Of a stretch of 53,268 nucleotides of DNA, positions 25,466 through 35,467 are shown in pieces (position 1 is the first letter of the stretch; each line of letters opens with the position of its first letter). The notes beneath the pieces were generated by a model. That model made no database searches, was not told where the DNA came from, and saw only the letters and a list, made by a program, of their open reading frames with translations. Made by a program: the position numbers and the translations under genes. This DNA comes from Candidatus Pacearchaeota archaeon (lineage in GTDB: Archaea > Nanobdellota > Nanobdellia > Pacearchaeales > GW2011-AR1): contig JAFCGC010000002.1 in NCBI GenBank assembly GCA_017608305.1, positions 1 through 53,268 of the forward strand. Reading direction: 5' to 3'.

Positions 25466-27493
25466 TTACATCCTCTGAACATAACCTTTTCTTGGTTTAA
25501 AGATTTCTGAGTTGATTACTAATTTATTTATTGCTTCATCTATTTCTTCTTTGGTCATTTTATCTTCAAGCTCTTTTTCGATTTCTTCTATTGGAATTAG
25601 TTTTCCTAATCTGTTTTCTAGTTCAATTATTGTGTCTTTTACTGTGAATATTCTACTTCTTTGTGAACTAGAAAATTTACTTCCTATTCTGTCTATGTCG
25701 ATTGTTTTTGTTTCATAATCATATCCTACTTGCATTAAATAATATTTCATTATTTCTATCGCATTTCTTGCATCTTCCACTAAAACAGTATTGCTGAGTC
25801 TTATTTTTGCTGAGGCTTCTGCCATTCTTATTAAAGCTTGTAATTGTCTTGCTGAAATGGGAATTGGCCTCATTGCACTTTCAGATGCTACTGGTTTGTT
25901 TCTTAAATCAACGTAAAATGTTTTTATTTCTTCAACTGCTTCATTACTTAGAGTTGGTTTGATTCTTTGTTTTGCATAAGCAACATATTTTCTAAAAATT
26001 TCTCTTGGAATAAACATTTCTTCTCCTGTTTTTTGATGTTCTAATAAGACGTGGGTCGCTATTTTTTCATCTTTGTCTTTGTCTGGAATATCTCTTAGAG
26101 TAAAAATTATGTCAAATCTATTGATTAATGTTGGAGGTAAGTCAATTTGTTGGGCAACTGATTGATAGGGGTCAAATCTTCCGAATTTAGGATTTGCTGC
26201 TGCTAATACAGATGTTTCTGCTCTTAAAGTGGCTTGAACATTAGCCTTACTTATTGTGATTGTTTGTTGTTCCATTGCTTCATGCATGGCTGATCTATCT
26301 TGAGGATCCATTTTTTCTAATTCATCTATACATACAAGGCCTTTATTTGCTAGAACCATTGCTCCTGCTTCTAGGCTCCAACCCCTTAGATATTCATCTC
26401 TTACTACTGTTGCTGTAAGTCCTGCTCCTGATGCGCTTTTTCCAACAACATATCTTCCTTTTGGAGAAATGCTTGCCATAAAGGTCAATGTTACGGATTT
26501 TGCTACACCAGGATCCCCTATTAATAAAATATGAATGTCTCCTCTGCTTTTTTGTCCATCTGCATGAGTTTTTTTTACCCCACTAAATAATTGAAGAACA
26601 AGAGATTTTTTTATTTCTTCATAACCCCATACACTAGGGGTTATACTTTTTGCTAAGTTTTTAAAGATTTTCGGATCTTGAGATAATTCTAGGATTTGTC
26701 TTTCATCTTCTTCTGAAATATCAAGCTCTTCAAAACTCTCTTCTAAAGGAATGAGATTGTTTGACTCAATTGCTAATTCAAATCTTGTTGATAGTCCTCC
26801 TGTACTTAGAGGTACAGGAACTTCTTTTAAAACACCAATCACCTTTATTCTGCTACCAGGAGTTGTTTTTTCTTCCATTCTTGGTTCAACTAAATCTTCT
26901 TTTACAAAAGTGTTTATTCTTTTTGGTTGTTCTCCTCCTGATAAAGATTCAGGAGCTTCTTCTATTACTAGTCTTTGGGTATCAACCATTTCTTTACTTA
27001 TTAATTTAAAACCACCTCTTCTTCCACAGGAGCACCTCATTGGTTCTCTGAATTTTTTTTCCATTTGTAATACCCCTATAACTGTTCCACAACTAGGACA
27101 CTCAAATTTTGCATTGACTACTTGGGGCCTTACATCAGAAGCCTGTCTTATAATTCCTTCCACAACAATCATCTCATTAAGATGTTTAGAACGAATATTT
27201 CTTACTTTTATTTCTTGAGATTTTGGGAGATTGTACAATCTCACTCTGACATTACTTACTAATCCTGATTCTTCAATAGCAAGTTCGACTAATCTTAGAA
27301 TTTCTTCAGGGTTATTTAAAATTTCTTCAGAGAGAACATTAGAAAATTCAGTTAAACTCATAAAATCAATGTAGATTACATTTTTTCCTTTTCTTAAAGA
27401 ATCTCCAATATTTTTTTTATAAAAATTAAAAAAGTTTTTTGCTTCAATTAATAATTCCTCTTGTTTTGGTTTTGTGTCTTGTGCATCCCCCAT
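25466..27493 (-). CDS. mcm: MCM replicative helicase (no intein)
   Basis: GDPGVAKS, IDELEKM, AAANP, INRFD, Zn finger CPSC..CSC. Confidence 0.97.
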   Translation of the reverse strand: MGDAQDTKPKQEELLIEAKNFFNFYKKNIGDSLRKGKNVIYIDFMSLTEFSNVLSEEILNNPEEILRLVELAIEESGLVSNVRVRLYNLPKSQEIKVRNIRSKHLNEMIVVEGIIRQASDVRPQVVNAKFECPSCGTVIGVLQMEKKFREPMRCSCGRRGGFKLISKEMVDTQRLVIEEAPESLSGGEQPKRINTFVKEDLVEPRMEEKTTPGSRIKVIGVLKEVPVPLSTGGLSTRFELAIESNNLIPLEESFEELDISEEDERQILELSQDPKIFKNLAKSITPSVWGYEEIKKSLVLQLFSGVKKTHADGQKSRGDIHILLIGDPGVAKSVTLTFMASISPKGRYVVGKSASGAGLTATVVRDEYLRGWSLEAGAMVLANKGLVCIDELEKMDPQDRSAMHEAMEQQTITISKANVQATLRAETSVLAAANPKFGRFDPYQSVAQQIDLPPTLINRFDIIFTLRDIPDKDKDEKIATHVLLEHQKTGEEMFIPREIFRKYVAYAKQRIKPTLSNEAVEEIKTFYVDLRNKPVASESAMRPIPISARQLQALIRMAEASAKIRLSNTVLVEDARNAIEIMKYYLMQVGYDYETKTIDIDRIGSKFSSSQRSRIFTVKDTIIELENRLGKLIPIEEIEKELEDKMTKEEIDEAINKLVINSEIFKPRKGYVQRM

Positions 27494-27744
27494 ATTAAAA
27501 CAACCTACGGTTTTTTTAGATTTTCCCTTTTATTTAATGTGAACTGAATCTTTAAATGCCTTCCAAGGATTCAGATATTACACATCACCGAACTTCTAGT
27601 TTTTATAGATTTATATGCACTGAAAAAGAGTTTTGAAAGGAAATAGTCATTTGAAAGGGGTGGAATGAAATTATTTTGAAATAATGTGAATAAACCGAAA
27701 AATATATAAATTATAACAATTATAATATTTATAAGGATTATAAA

Positions 27745-27951
27745 ATGGAAATAACTACAATTGCTGTTGAAAAAAATGTTAAGGAGAAGATCAAAGAATT
27801 TGGAAATAAAGGTGAGACTTTTTCTCAAATAGTTGAAAGACTGTTAGAGAGTGCTAATAACAGGATATTACAGGATTTGTTGATGGATACTAAAAACACT
27901 GTTCCTATAGGAGTTGCATTAGCTAGAGCCAAGAAAAGATGGCAGAAGTAA
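27745..27951 (+). CDS. Putative antitoxin (RHH-like)
   Basis: TTIAV...VKEKIKEFG.KGETFSQIVERL; overlaps toxin start. Confidence 0.7.
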   Translation: MEITTIAVEKNVKEKIKEFGNKGETFSQIVERLLESANNRILQDLLMDTKNTVPIGVALARAKKRWQK

Positions 27952-28277
27952 TTGTTACTGAAAATTTAGAAAAAGAGATTAACAAAAAGTTTAAGGTAGA
28001 GTCTGTTAAAATTTTTGAGCTTATTTACTCTTTAAGGGAGAACCCAAAAAAAGGAAAGATTGTTGGTCAAGTGAAGGGAATTGTAATTAAAGAATTGAAA
28101 TATAAATCATATAGATTTTATTTTATTAAAGAGGGTTATAAATTAAAGGTTTTAGGTATTGGCGAACTAAAGAATTTAATAATTAAGTTTGTTAGAATGT
28201 CAGATAAAAAATCCCAACAAAAAATTATTAATGAAATAAAAATAGTTTTAAGAAAATTAGGTGAAGAAGGGTTTTAG
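27939..28277 (+). CDS. Putative RelE/ParE-superfamily toxin
   Basis: Basic 112-aa protein with L.ENP.KGK and IKELKYKSYRFYF. Confidence 0.65.
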   Translation: MAEVIVTENLEKEINKKFKVESVKIFELIYSLRENPKKGKIVGQVKGIVIKELKYKSYRFYFIKEGYKLKVLGIGELKNLIIKFVRMSDKKSQQKIINEIKIVLRKLGEEGF

Positions 28278-28348
28278 AATTGTTGCCCTAACGTTATATT
28301 ATTTTTAATTATCTATATCTTTATATATTATTTACTTATTGTTAAGTG

Positions 28349-28606
28349 ATGGCTAAAGTTTTGGAAGTAACTTTGCTTAGGGAAAAGTTATCAGAGGATT
28401 TTAACATAGCTTTTGCATATGTTAAACAGTTTGTTCCCGATTTAAAAGTAAATCTTTTATGTGCTCCATTAGGGTTGAATTATTCTGTTCCCTCTCCAGT
28501 GGTTGTTTTTAAAGATGATAACTCTGAATTTAATTTTAGAAGAGAGTATGGAAGAGAGGGATTGTCTTTAGTTCAGGATGTTGTTAAGGGAAAAAAATTC
28601 TTTTAA
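28349..28606 (+). CDS. Hypothetical protein (thioredoxin-like PSP segment)
   Basis: 85-aa ORF, TTTATATA upstream. Confidence 0.5.
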   Translation: MAKVLEVTLLREKLSEDFNIAFAYVKQFVPDLKVNLLCAPLGLNYSVPSPVVVFKDDNSEFNFRREYGREGLSLVQDVVKGKKFF

Positions 28607-28612
28607 AAATGA

Positions 28613-29173
28613 TTACTTTTTATAATTCTTCAATGCTTGTTTTACGTTTTTCAATAACTGTGTCATGCTAAATTCTAGTTGTTGTTTGTTTTTTGTTCCT
28701 GTACAAACAAGTTTTCCATTACTAAACAATAAGAAAGTTGCATTTGGTTCTATTAGTTTATATACTAAACCTGGAAATTGTTCTGGTTCATATTCTGTGT
28801 TTTCCATCTCCAGAGCTAAAAAATTGAGATTAAGTTTAAGGTTAATTGTTCCAGAAGCAACAATATTTTGAACTGTTATTTTTGGCTTTGTAGTTATTTT
28901 GACATTTATTTTTTTAAGTTGTTTGATTACTGCTTGAATAACTTGTCTTACTTGGGCTACTGATTTTGTTCCTGTGCATACAAGATTTCCTGAACTAAAT
29001 ACTAATACAGCTGATTTTGGTTCTTTTATTCTTAAAACAAGTCCTGGAAATGTTTCTGGATTATATTCTGTATTTGGTTGTGTCCTAGCTAATTTTGTCA
29101 AAGGAACTGGTTTTTCTAGAGAAGTAGTTGCTACAATATTTTGGATTTTGTAGTTTGATTTGGATTTTACCAT
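28613..29173 (-). CDS. tbp: TATA-box-binding protein
   Basis: Two repeats NIVA...Y.PE.FPGLV...FS.G.LVCTG. Confidence 0.97.
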   Translation of the reverse strand: MVKSKSNYKIQNIVATTSLEKPVPLTKLARTQPNTEYNPETFPGLVLRIKEPKSAVLVFSSGNLVCTGTKSVAQVRQVIQAVIKQLKKINVKITTKPKITVQNIVASGTINLKLNLNFLALEMENTEYEPEQFPGLVYKLIEPNATFLLFSNGKLVCTGTKNKQQLEFSMTQLLKNVKQALKNYKK

Positions 29174-29254
29174 TTTCTATTAGTAAAATGATAGAAAAAT
29201 CTATTTATAAAGGTATCGAGGAGGGTTTTTAAACAATTTATTGTTGGTTTTTAG

Positions 29255-29821
29255 ATGGTAAAGAGATGCACATGGCCTGGTGAAAATAAGGTAATGATAG
29301 AGTATCATGATAAAGAATGGGGTGTGCCTTTACACGACGATAAAAAATTATTTGAGTTTTTAGTTTTAGATGCTTTTCAAGCTGGTTTGAGTTGGCAAAT
29401 AGTCTTGAATAAAAGACAAGGATTTAGAAAAGCTTTTTCTGGTTTTGATTATAAAAAGATAGCTAAATTTACTGATAAAGATGTTGAGAGATTAAAACAA
29501 GATGTCTCTATTATTAGGAATGGCTTGAAAATTAAAGCCACTATTACTAATGCTCAGAAATTTTTAGAAATACAAAAACAGTTTGGAAGTTTTGATAAAT
29601 ATATTTGGCAGTTTGTTAATCATAAACCTATTGATAATAAGTTTAAACATGTGAGTGAATTGCCTGCTAAAACAAAAGAGAGTGATGCAATGAGTGAGGA
29701 TTTAAAGAAGAGGGGATTTAAGTTTGTTGGTTCAACGATTTGTTATGCATTTATGCAAGCAGCAGGAATGGTTAATGATCATACTATAGATTGTTTTAGG
29801 TATGGGGAAGTTAGTAAATAA
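29255..29821 (+). CDS. tag: DNA-3-methyladenine glycosylase I
   Basis: RC.W, YHDKEWG, QAGLSW, GFKFVG, NDH...C. Confidence 0.95.
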   Translation: MVKRCTWPGENKVMIEYHDKEWGVPLHDDKKLFEFLVLDAFQAGLSWQIVLNKRQGFRKAFSGFDYKKIAKFTDKDVERLKQDVSIIRNGLKIKATITNAQKFLEIQKQFGSFDKYIWQFVNHKPIDNKFKHVSELPAKTKESDAMSEDLKKRGFKFVGSTICYAFMQAAGMVNDHTIDCFRYGEVSK

Positions 29822-29931
29822 TCATTTGATTATTTGATTTCTACTTCAAATAATCCTTAACTCCCCTATCTGGGTGTTGCAGGATTTTATTAATTAGAAA
29901 GTCATTTAAAAGATTGCAACATTATTTCTTT

Positions 29932-30810
29932 ATGAAACCTTATGATTTACACAACCATACTTCTCTTTCACCAGATGGGGCAATAAGTGGGGAAGAATTA
30001 ATAGATCTTGCAGTAAAAAATGGGGTAAAGGGATTAGGTATTTGTGACCATGATACTTTTCCTGATGAAAGCCTATACGAATATGCTAATAAAAAAGGTT
30101 TACGGCTTGCTCTAGGAATTGAGTTTTCTTGTGATAAAGCCCATATTATTGGATATAATATGAAAATCAAGAAAGAAGATAAAGAATTTATTGAAAAAAG
30201 ACGCAACAAGATGAAAGAAAGTTATGTTTCTGTATCTAAAAAGTTAGTTGATGGATTAAAAAAAGATGGAATTGATATAACTTATAGTGAAGTAGAAAAA
30301 TTTTATAATAAGAAAAATCCTCAAAAGCTATTTGTATTAAAATATCTTGCAGAAAAACTCAAATTATTTCCTTCTTGGGCAGAGGCAAGAAAACACTTTC
30401 AAGATAAAACATACTATGTTAAAGATGGGCAAGATGTTGCTAAGCTTCCACCAGTAAAAATAATCAAATTAATTCATGATGCTGGAGGCTTTGCCATTTG
30501 GGCGCACCCGTTTATGACCCCAGAACCAACAAGAAAAGAATATTTTAAGTTGTTTCAGGAAAACGGAATTGATGCAATAGAAGCATCTTATGCATATCAC
30601 GAGAATGGTTATAATGGAACTGAATCAAATGAAGAATTAGAAAAAGGAATTAGAAAAAAGCTAGAAAAAATGCAAATCCCCATTTCTGGAGGGTCTGATA
30701 GCCATTTTCCCCTAAAAACATACGCTAATCTTAAACCAATTATGCCTGGAGATTTTGGGATAACTCAAAGAGAATTAGAAGATATTAATGTAATCTTTAA
30801 GAAGGAATAA
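29932..30810 (+). CDS. PHP-domain phosphoesterase (TrpH/YciV-like)
   Basis: DLHNHT..S.DG, CDHD, GIE, AHP, GGSDSH. Confidence 0.9.
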   Translation: MKPYDLHNHTSLSPDGAISGEELIDLAVKNGVKGLGICDHDTFPDESLYEYANKKGLRLALGIEFSCDKAHIIGYNMKIKKEDKEFIEKRRNKMKESYVSVSKKLVDGLKKDGIDITYSEVEKFYNKKNPQKLFVLKYLAEKLKLFPSWAEARKHFQDKTYYVKDGQDVAKLPPVKIIKLIHDAGGFAIWAHPFMTPEPTRKEYFKLFQENGIDAIEASYAYHENGYNGTESNEELEKGIRKKLEKMQIPISGGSDSHFPLKTYANLKPIMPGDFGITQRELEDINVIFKKE

Positions 30811-30886
30811 ACAATTCCCTGTTTGGGCGTTAACAGTTAATTTTATATATTTATTTTTTAGATAGTCCATTTTGGTATGGGGAAGT

Positions 30887-32599
30887 TCAACCATATTTCC
30901 AGTTTCTTTTTTGATTGAGAAAATCTCTTTTAACTTCTTCAAGATCTGCAATTTCCGATAGTGGTTTGTCATTTCTTAAGGCTGTAAATCTTGGAAATCT
31001 TAAAGCCCACCCAGAATTATAATTTGGAGATTTTTGAATTTCTTGATAGGTGACAGAGATGACTATTTTAGGTTTTATCTCAACTCTTTTTCCTTTTTCT
31101 TTAGTTATTAAAGGAGTTAGTAGTTTAGAGAGTTGATCAAAAGTTACTTTGCCTTCTGCTTCTTTTTCATTTATTCCTGTTCCCATTTTTCCTATTTCAA
31201 GATATTCCCCTTTATTTTTCCCTTTACATGATAAAATGAATGAAGACATCCAACCAGAACGTTTTCCTGCACCATATTCTGCTCCTGTAATTACTAAATC
31301 AAGATCTTTTTCTGTTGGTTTAACTTTTAACATGTGGCCTACTCTTGATCCTGGATTATATTCTGCTTTAAGATTTTTCATCATAATTCCTTCTTGATTA
31401 TCTTTCAGGGCTTTTTTGTAGAATTCTTCTGCTCTTTTTTCATTTTTAGTAATTATTTGTTTTGCATGAATTATTTTGTAAGGATGATTTTTAATTATTT
31501 TTTTAATTATTTTTGTTCTTTTTTCAAATGGTTTACTTAAAAGAGATTCCCCATTATAGTAAAGAATATCAAAAACATTTATTTCAATAGGAAGTTTTTT
31601 TTCAAGATCTTCTATATTGTATTTTCTTCTTATTCTCTGACTTATATTTTGAAAAGGTTGATATTCTTTTGTTTTTGAATCAAACCCCACTGCTTCTGAA
31701 TCTAGAATAAAAGAGTTGCCTTTGGTATATTTTTTAATATATTTTACAACTTCTGGAAATTGTTTAGTCACATTTTCTAAGCTTCTTGTAAAGCAAATTA
31801 TTTTTTCATATTGTTTGTGAATAATTAATCTAAATCCATCATATTTGTATTCTATTGCACAAGGTTTTCCAAGAGCTTTAAATCCGGCTTTAATGTCTTT
31901 TGCTTTTTGAGCTAACATTGCTTTAATTGGTTTTCCAATTTCTACATGCAGTTTTTCTAAATTTTTTGCTTTCCCTGTTTTTGCTAACTCAAAAACAGCT
32001 GCAAGATCATTTGATCTATCTATTGCTTTTTGAATTTTAGAAGATGCTTCCTTAGGGTCTTTGAAAAAAGTTTTAGCTAGGCAATCTCTAACTGTTGCTT
32101 CTTTTAATCCAATTCGTAAATCTCCAATTAAAGTTCTTATGAGATATTTTGCTTCAATAGGAGAAACAGATGTTAAAAGTTCAGTTATAAGTCCTAATTT
32201 TTTTGCAACTGTGCCTTTTCCTTCAAGTTCTGGAAGTTTTCTAAGATTTGTTAGAACTTTTTCTATTGTAATTATATGGGAATGTAGTGTGGATTGCTTT
32301 TTCTTTTTTGTGAGTTCTTCTGCGACTTTACCTAAATCTCCAATTTTTTTCCAGTGTTTTGTTACTTCATTTGCTTCTGTTCCTGTTGATTTTGAAATAG
32401 CTTTAATTGCTATTTGATTGCTGATCCCAATTCTTCTTTCATCATATTCTGGATAAATATCTCCAAGAAGCAAATACATTACATCTTTATTTTCTTTAGA
32501 TAGGATATTTAAAAATTTAGATAATATGTCTATTTTTTCGAGCCTTTTTGTTGTAGAAGATAAATTTTCATATAATTGTGCTAGTTTTTTGTATATCAT
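30887..32599 (-). CDS. lig: ATP-dependent DNA ligase
   Basis: EYKYDGFR, EGIMMK, DLVITGA, LRFPRF. Confidence 0.96.
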   Translation of the reverse strand: MIYKKLAQLYENLSSTTKRLEKIDILSKFLNILSKENKDVMYLLLGDIYPEYDERRIGISNQIAIKAISKSTGTEANEVTKHWKKIGDLGKVAEELTKKKKQSTLHSHIITIEKVLTNLRKLPELEGKGTVAKKLGLITELLTSVSPIEAKYLIRTLIGDLRIGLKEATVRDCLAKTFFKDPKEASSKIQKAIDRSNDLAAVFELAKTGKAKNLEKLHVEIGKPIKAMLAQKAKDIKAGFKALGKPCAIEYKYDGFRLIIHKQYEKIICFTRSLENVTKQFPEVVKYIKKYTKGNSFILDSEAVGFDSKTKEYQPFQNISQRIRRKYNIEDLEKKLPIEINVFDILYYNGESLLSKPFEKRTKIIKKIIKNHPYKIIHAKQIITKNEKRAEEFYKKALKDNQEGIMMKNLKAEYNPGSRVGHMLKVKPTEKDLDLVITGAEYGAGKRSGWMSSFILSCKGKNKGEYLEIGKMGTGINEKEAEGKVTFDQLSKLLTPLITKEKGKRVEIKPKIVISVTYQEIQKSPNYNSGWALRFPRFTALRNDKPLSEIADLEEVKRDFLNQKRNWKYG

Positions 32600-32637
32600 T
32601 TTCTCTTTTATTTTTATAAGAAAAATAACTTTAAAAC

Positions 32638-33003
32638 TTATTCGCTTTTCCAAAGCCCATGCAAGTTACAGTATTCTCTTGCAGAGACAGGTGTAAAAGA
32701 GAATTCAGCTTCTGGTTTTTGATTTGATTTAAGAAAAACTTTACAAGTATGTCCTGGTTTAGATGTTGCTTCGATCCACTCAATAAAGTGTTCAGGTTCC
32801 ATAGGATGTTCTATGCTTCCTATTTTTACTTTATTTCCTTCAATTACAGGAATATGTTTTTCTTGAATTCTGTCTGTTGTGTTTTCAGTCATTAAGTTCA
32901 TTGGTTTTCCGCAACAAACTAATTCTCCTGCTCCTGTGTGTAGAACCTCAACTATGTTTCCACATATTTCACACTTGTATATTTGTTTTAATTGAGTTGG
33001 TAT
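32638..33003 (-). pseudogene. Desulfoferrodoxin/superoxide reductase lacking a canonical start codon (ATA at 33003)
   Basis: In frame upstream of the listed ORF: [20 protein letters not shown]...LVCCGKPM; then EKH, HPM..EHFIEW, CNLHGLW; in-frame TAA at 33010-33012. Confidence 0.75.
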
Positions 33004-33383
33004 TTTACATTATAAATGATGCCTCACCTTTTATAATTTTTTCCAATATTTTTATTGTTTTTTCTACTGGGGTATGCATTATGTGTGAAGAAGTATAATA
33101 GGTTTGTACTGTGTTTCTTGGCATATTAAATGAATTTTTTCTTCTTGTAGAATTTCGTTGTGTGTCATAATTTTTATGATATTCATTATATTCTTGAACT
33201 TTTTCTGGATTTTTTGATCTCCACCTTCTAGTATATAAGCACCTAATTTCTTTTCTTCCTTGTTTTAGTCCATATTCTTTGATTAAACATTTTTTTTTCT
33301 TTTTTGCTTACAATAGGAACTGCATATATTTGAATCATAATTTTTTTAGATTTAAAGACTTTTTAAAGATTGTTTTATTAGAA

Positions 33384-33972
33384 TTAGTATTCTTCATAAA
33401 TTAGTTCATAATATGCTTTTGGGGTGGTCACAAGAAGGACATATTTCAGGAGGTTGAGTTCCATAAAATGTATAACCACACTCTCTGCATACCCACCAAA
33501 CTTCCTTTGATTTTTTAAAAAAAGTATCGTTTTTTACTTGTTCTAATAATTTTTTATATCTCTCTTCATGATTTTTTTCAGCAATTGCAATAGACCTTAA
33601 TCTTTTTGAAATTTCAGGTAAATTTTCTCTTTCTGTTATTTCTGCAAATTCTGGATACATTTTAGTGTGTTCATAATTTTCCCCATTAATTGCTGCTTGT
33701 AAATTGTCTTCTGTTGTGCTGTAAACAGTTGGTGCAACTGCTTCTACTGTAATTTCCTCATCAGCCTTTTTTCCTAGTTTTTTTTTGAGCTCTTGAATAT
33801 GTTCAAATAATCTTTTTGCATGAACTTTTTCTTGATCTGCTGTCAATAGAAATATTTCTGCTATTTGTTCAAATCCTTCTTTTTTTGCAATTTTCGCATA
33901 ATATGTATATCTATTACGAGCCTATGATTCACCTATGAATGCTTTTGTTAGGTTTTTTAGAGTTTGTTCCAT
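33384..33972 (-). pseudogene. rbr: Rubrerythrin with in-frame TAG (33922-33924) and a frameshift near the C-terminus
   Basis: MEQTLKNLTKAFIGES*ARNRYTYY, EKVHA, EKNHE, CRECG..CPSC; removing one base restores HPKAYYELIYEEY*. Confidence 0.88.
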
Positions 33973-34044
33973 ATCAAAACCTCCTGCGGGTTTTAATGAA
34001 TCCAACATCCAAAGGAATCTTTTCTGATGCCTCTGATAAGATCC
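33973..34044 (-). promoter_or_regulatory. Structured 5' leader element, copy 2
   Basis: mRNA sense: GGAUCUU...AGAGGCAUCA...AAGAUUCC, GGAUGUUGGAU, AAAACC-CGCAGGA-GGUUUU, GAUAUG. Confidence 0.65.
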
Positions 34045-34156
34045 AAGTGATTAAGTAATATAATTATGGTTTAAATAAATTTTGGTGAAAATGATTTCAT
34101 AGGGAATTATTTTGGAATATCTAAATGCTTTTAAATAACCTCTCTCTTTTTTTTTG

Positions 34157-34678
34157 ATGAGTCGAGAAGGACATAGATATATTCTGGATGACCAAGATAA
34201 AGGAGTCAAGGTTGATATTACTGTAAATTCAATTCCTGTAGAATGTGATGGAAAAAAAGCAAGAGTTTATTTGCTTCCTGGTGTTCCAAAAGAAGCTGGT
34301 CGTATTGATTCAGAAATAGGAGTTAGTCTCGATAAGATGCTTTCTTTTCTTGAGGAAAAAGCAGGTATTTCTACTGATTCTCTTAAAAGATCTAAGAAAA
34401 TACTTGAAAAATACAAGGGTAGGTTAATTGATACTTCTAGTATCCTTTACTATGCTAACGAACAAAATAGGTTTGATGAGTTTGCTGAAAGATTAGAACA
34501 AGAATATTCTAAATTGAGTCATATTCCTTCTGATATGATGTTTGCTAGAACAGATGTTATGGCTTTTTTTCATAAACTTTATATGGATTTAGATATTGGT
34601 AATAAAAAAGAACAAAAGAAGTTTATTAATTTTGAGAAGAGTTTAGGTGGTCCTGGTCTTATTGTTTTTCCTGATTAA
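34157..34678 (+). CDS. Hypothetical protein
   Basis: 173-aa ORF, TTTTAAAT about 20 nt upstream. Confidence 0.65.
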   Translation: MSREGHRYILDDQDKGVKVDITVNSIPVECDGKKARVYLLPGVPKEAGRIDSEIGVSLDKMLSFLEEKAGISTDSLKRSKKILEKYKGRLIDTSSILYYANEQNRFDEFAERLEQEYSKLSHIPSDMMFARTDVMAFFHKLYMDLDIGNKKEQKKFINFEKSLGGPGLIVFPD

Positions 34679-34680
34679 TT

Positions 34681-35253
34681 TTATTTCCCACGTCTTTTTC
34701 CTGCTCTGACACTTGGTCTTGTTTTTGAAGTAGGATGTTTGTTTCTTAGACCACGAGATTTTTTCCCTGCACTTGTTAATCCTCTTAGAACACGCTTTTT
34801 ATTTGCTGGTTTTGTTATCCAGTTTATTTTTTTATCTTTTTTTATCTCAGATTTATTTGGATCAACACAAATGACTTCATAAAAATAATGAATTCCATCT
34901 TGTCCAATAACATAAGAGTTTAGAACTTCGAGATTTTTATGTTTTCTTTGAACTCTTGATTCTGCAATCCATTTATAATTCATTTTTAGATTTTTACGAG
35001 TGTGTAATCTTTTTGATCTTCTTCCTTTATTTGGTCTTGGTCTTTTATGGCCACCCCTCTTTAATCTTATTCTTATTATCACAAACCCTTTTTTAGCTCT
35101 ATAGCCTAAACTTCTAGCTCGGTCAATTCTTAGAGGTTTGTCTACTTTAATCTGAACAGGATCTTTTCTCCAGACTATCATTCTCTCTCTCAGAGTTTTA
35201 GTATCTGGTTTTTTCCATGCTTGTCTTATATAGTGATACATTCCTTTAGCCAT
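34681..35253 (-). CDS. rpl15e: 50S ribosomal protein L15e
   Basis: RARSLGYRAK.G, LEVLNSY, RGLTSAGKKSRGL; start MAKG. Confidence 0.96.
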   Translation of the reverse strand: MAKGMYHYIRQAWKKPDTKTLRERMIVWRKDPVQIKVDKPLRIDRARSLGYRAKKGFVIIRIRLKRGGHKRPRPNKGRRSKRLHTRKNLKMNYKWIAESRVQRKHKNLEVLNSYVIGQDGIHYFYEVICVDPNKSEIKKDKKINWITKPANKKRVLRGLTSAGKKSRGLRNKHPTSKTRPSVRAGKRRGK

Positions 35254-35290
35254 TTTATTTTTTGTTCGAGTTAGTTTAAAAAGGTTAGCA

Positions 35291-35365
35291 TGAGGCTGCA
35301 CGGATTTGAACCGTGGACCCCTGCCTTATCAGAGCAGTGCTCTGGCCAGACTGAGCTACAGCCTC
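35291..35365 (-). tRNA. tRNA-Ile(GAT)
   Basis: GAGGCTG/CAGCCTC acceptor stem, CTGCT-CTGATAA-GGCAG, CACGG-TTCAAAT-CCGTG. Confidence 0.93.
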
Positions 35366-35426
35366 ATGATATTGTAGTCAGAATGGTCTAGCTTTAGCTT
35401 TTGGCCAGACTGAGCTACAACCTCAT
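35366..35426 (-). repeat. Copy of the tRNA-Ile 5' end plus its reverse complement (fold-back leader)
   Basis: 35402-35426 matches 35343-35367 at 24 of 25 nt; the intervening sequence is complementary to it. Confidence 0.85.
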
Positions 35427-35467
35427 AATAATTTGATAAGAAAATCTTATTTAAAGCTTTTTGTTAG

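Noticed and set aside
27494-27744. Replication origin next to mcm (repeated tttgaaagg, G-run, AT-rich tract)
   Set aside because: No convincing ORB repeats and no orc1/cdc6 gene in the window.
33017-33025. GAGGCATCA (leader loop motif) upstream of the superoxide reductase gene
   Set aside because: No flanking stem or SD hairpin; overlaps an ordinary GGTGA SD-like sequence.
2365-33924. TAG-to-Gln (or Pyl) recoding suggested by in-frame ambers in the LAGLIDADG and rubrerythrin genes
   Set aside because: aspS, asnS, ftsZ, uppS and scpB end at TAG at plausible C-termini; aRF1 keeps NIKS and YxCxxxF; rubrerythrin also has a frameshift; no CTA-anticodon tRNA in the window. CAG-to-TAG mutation is simpler.
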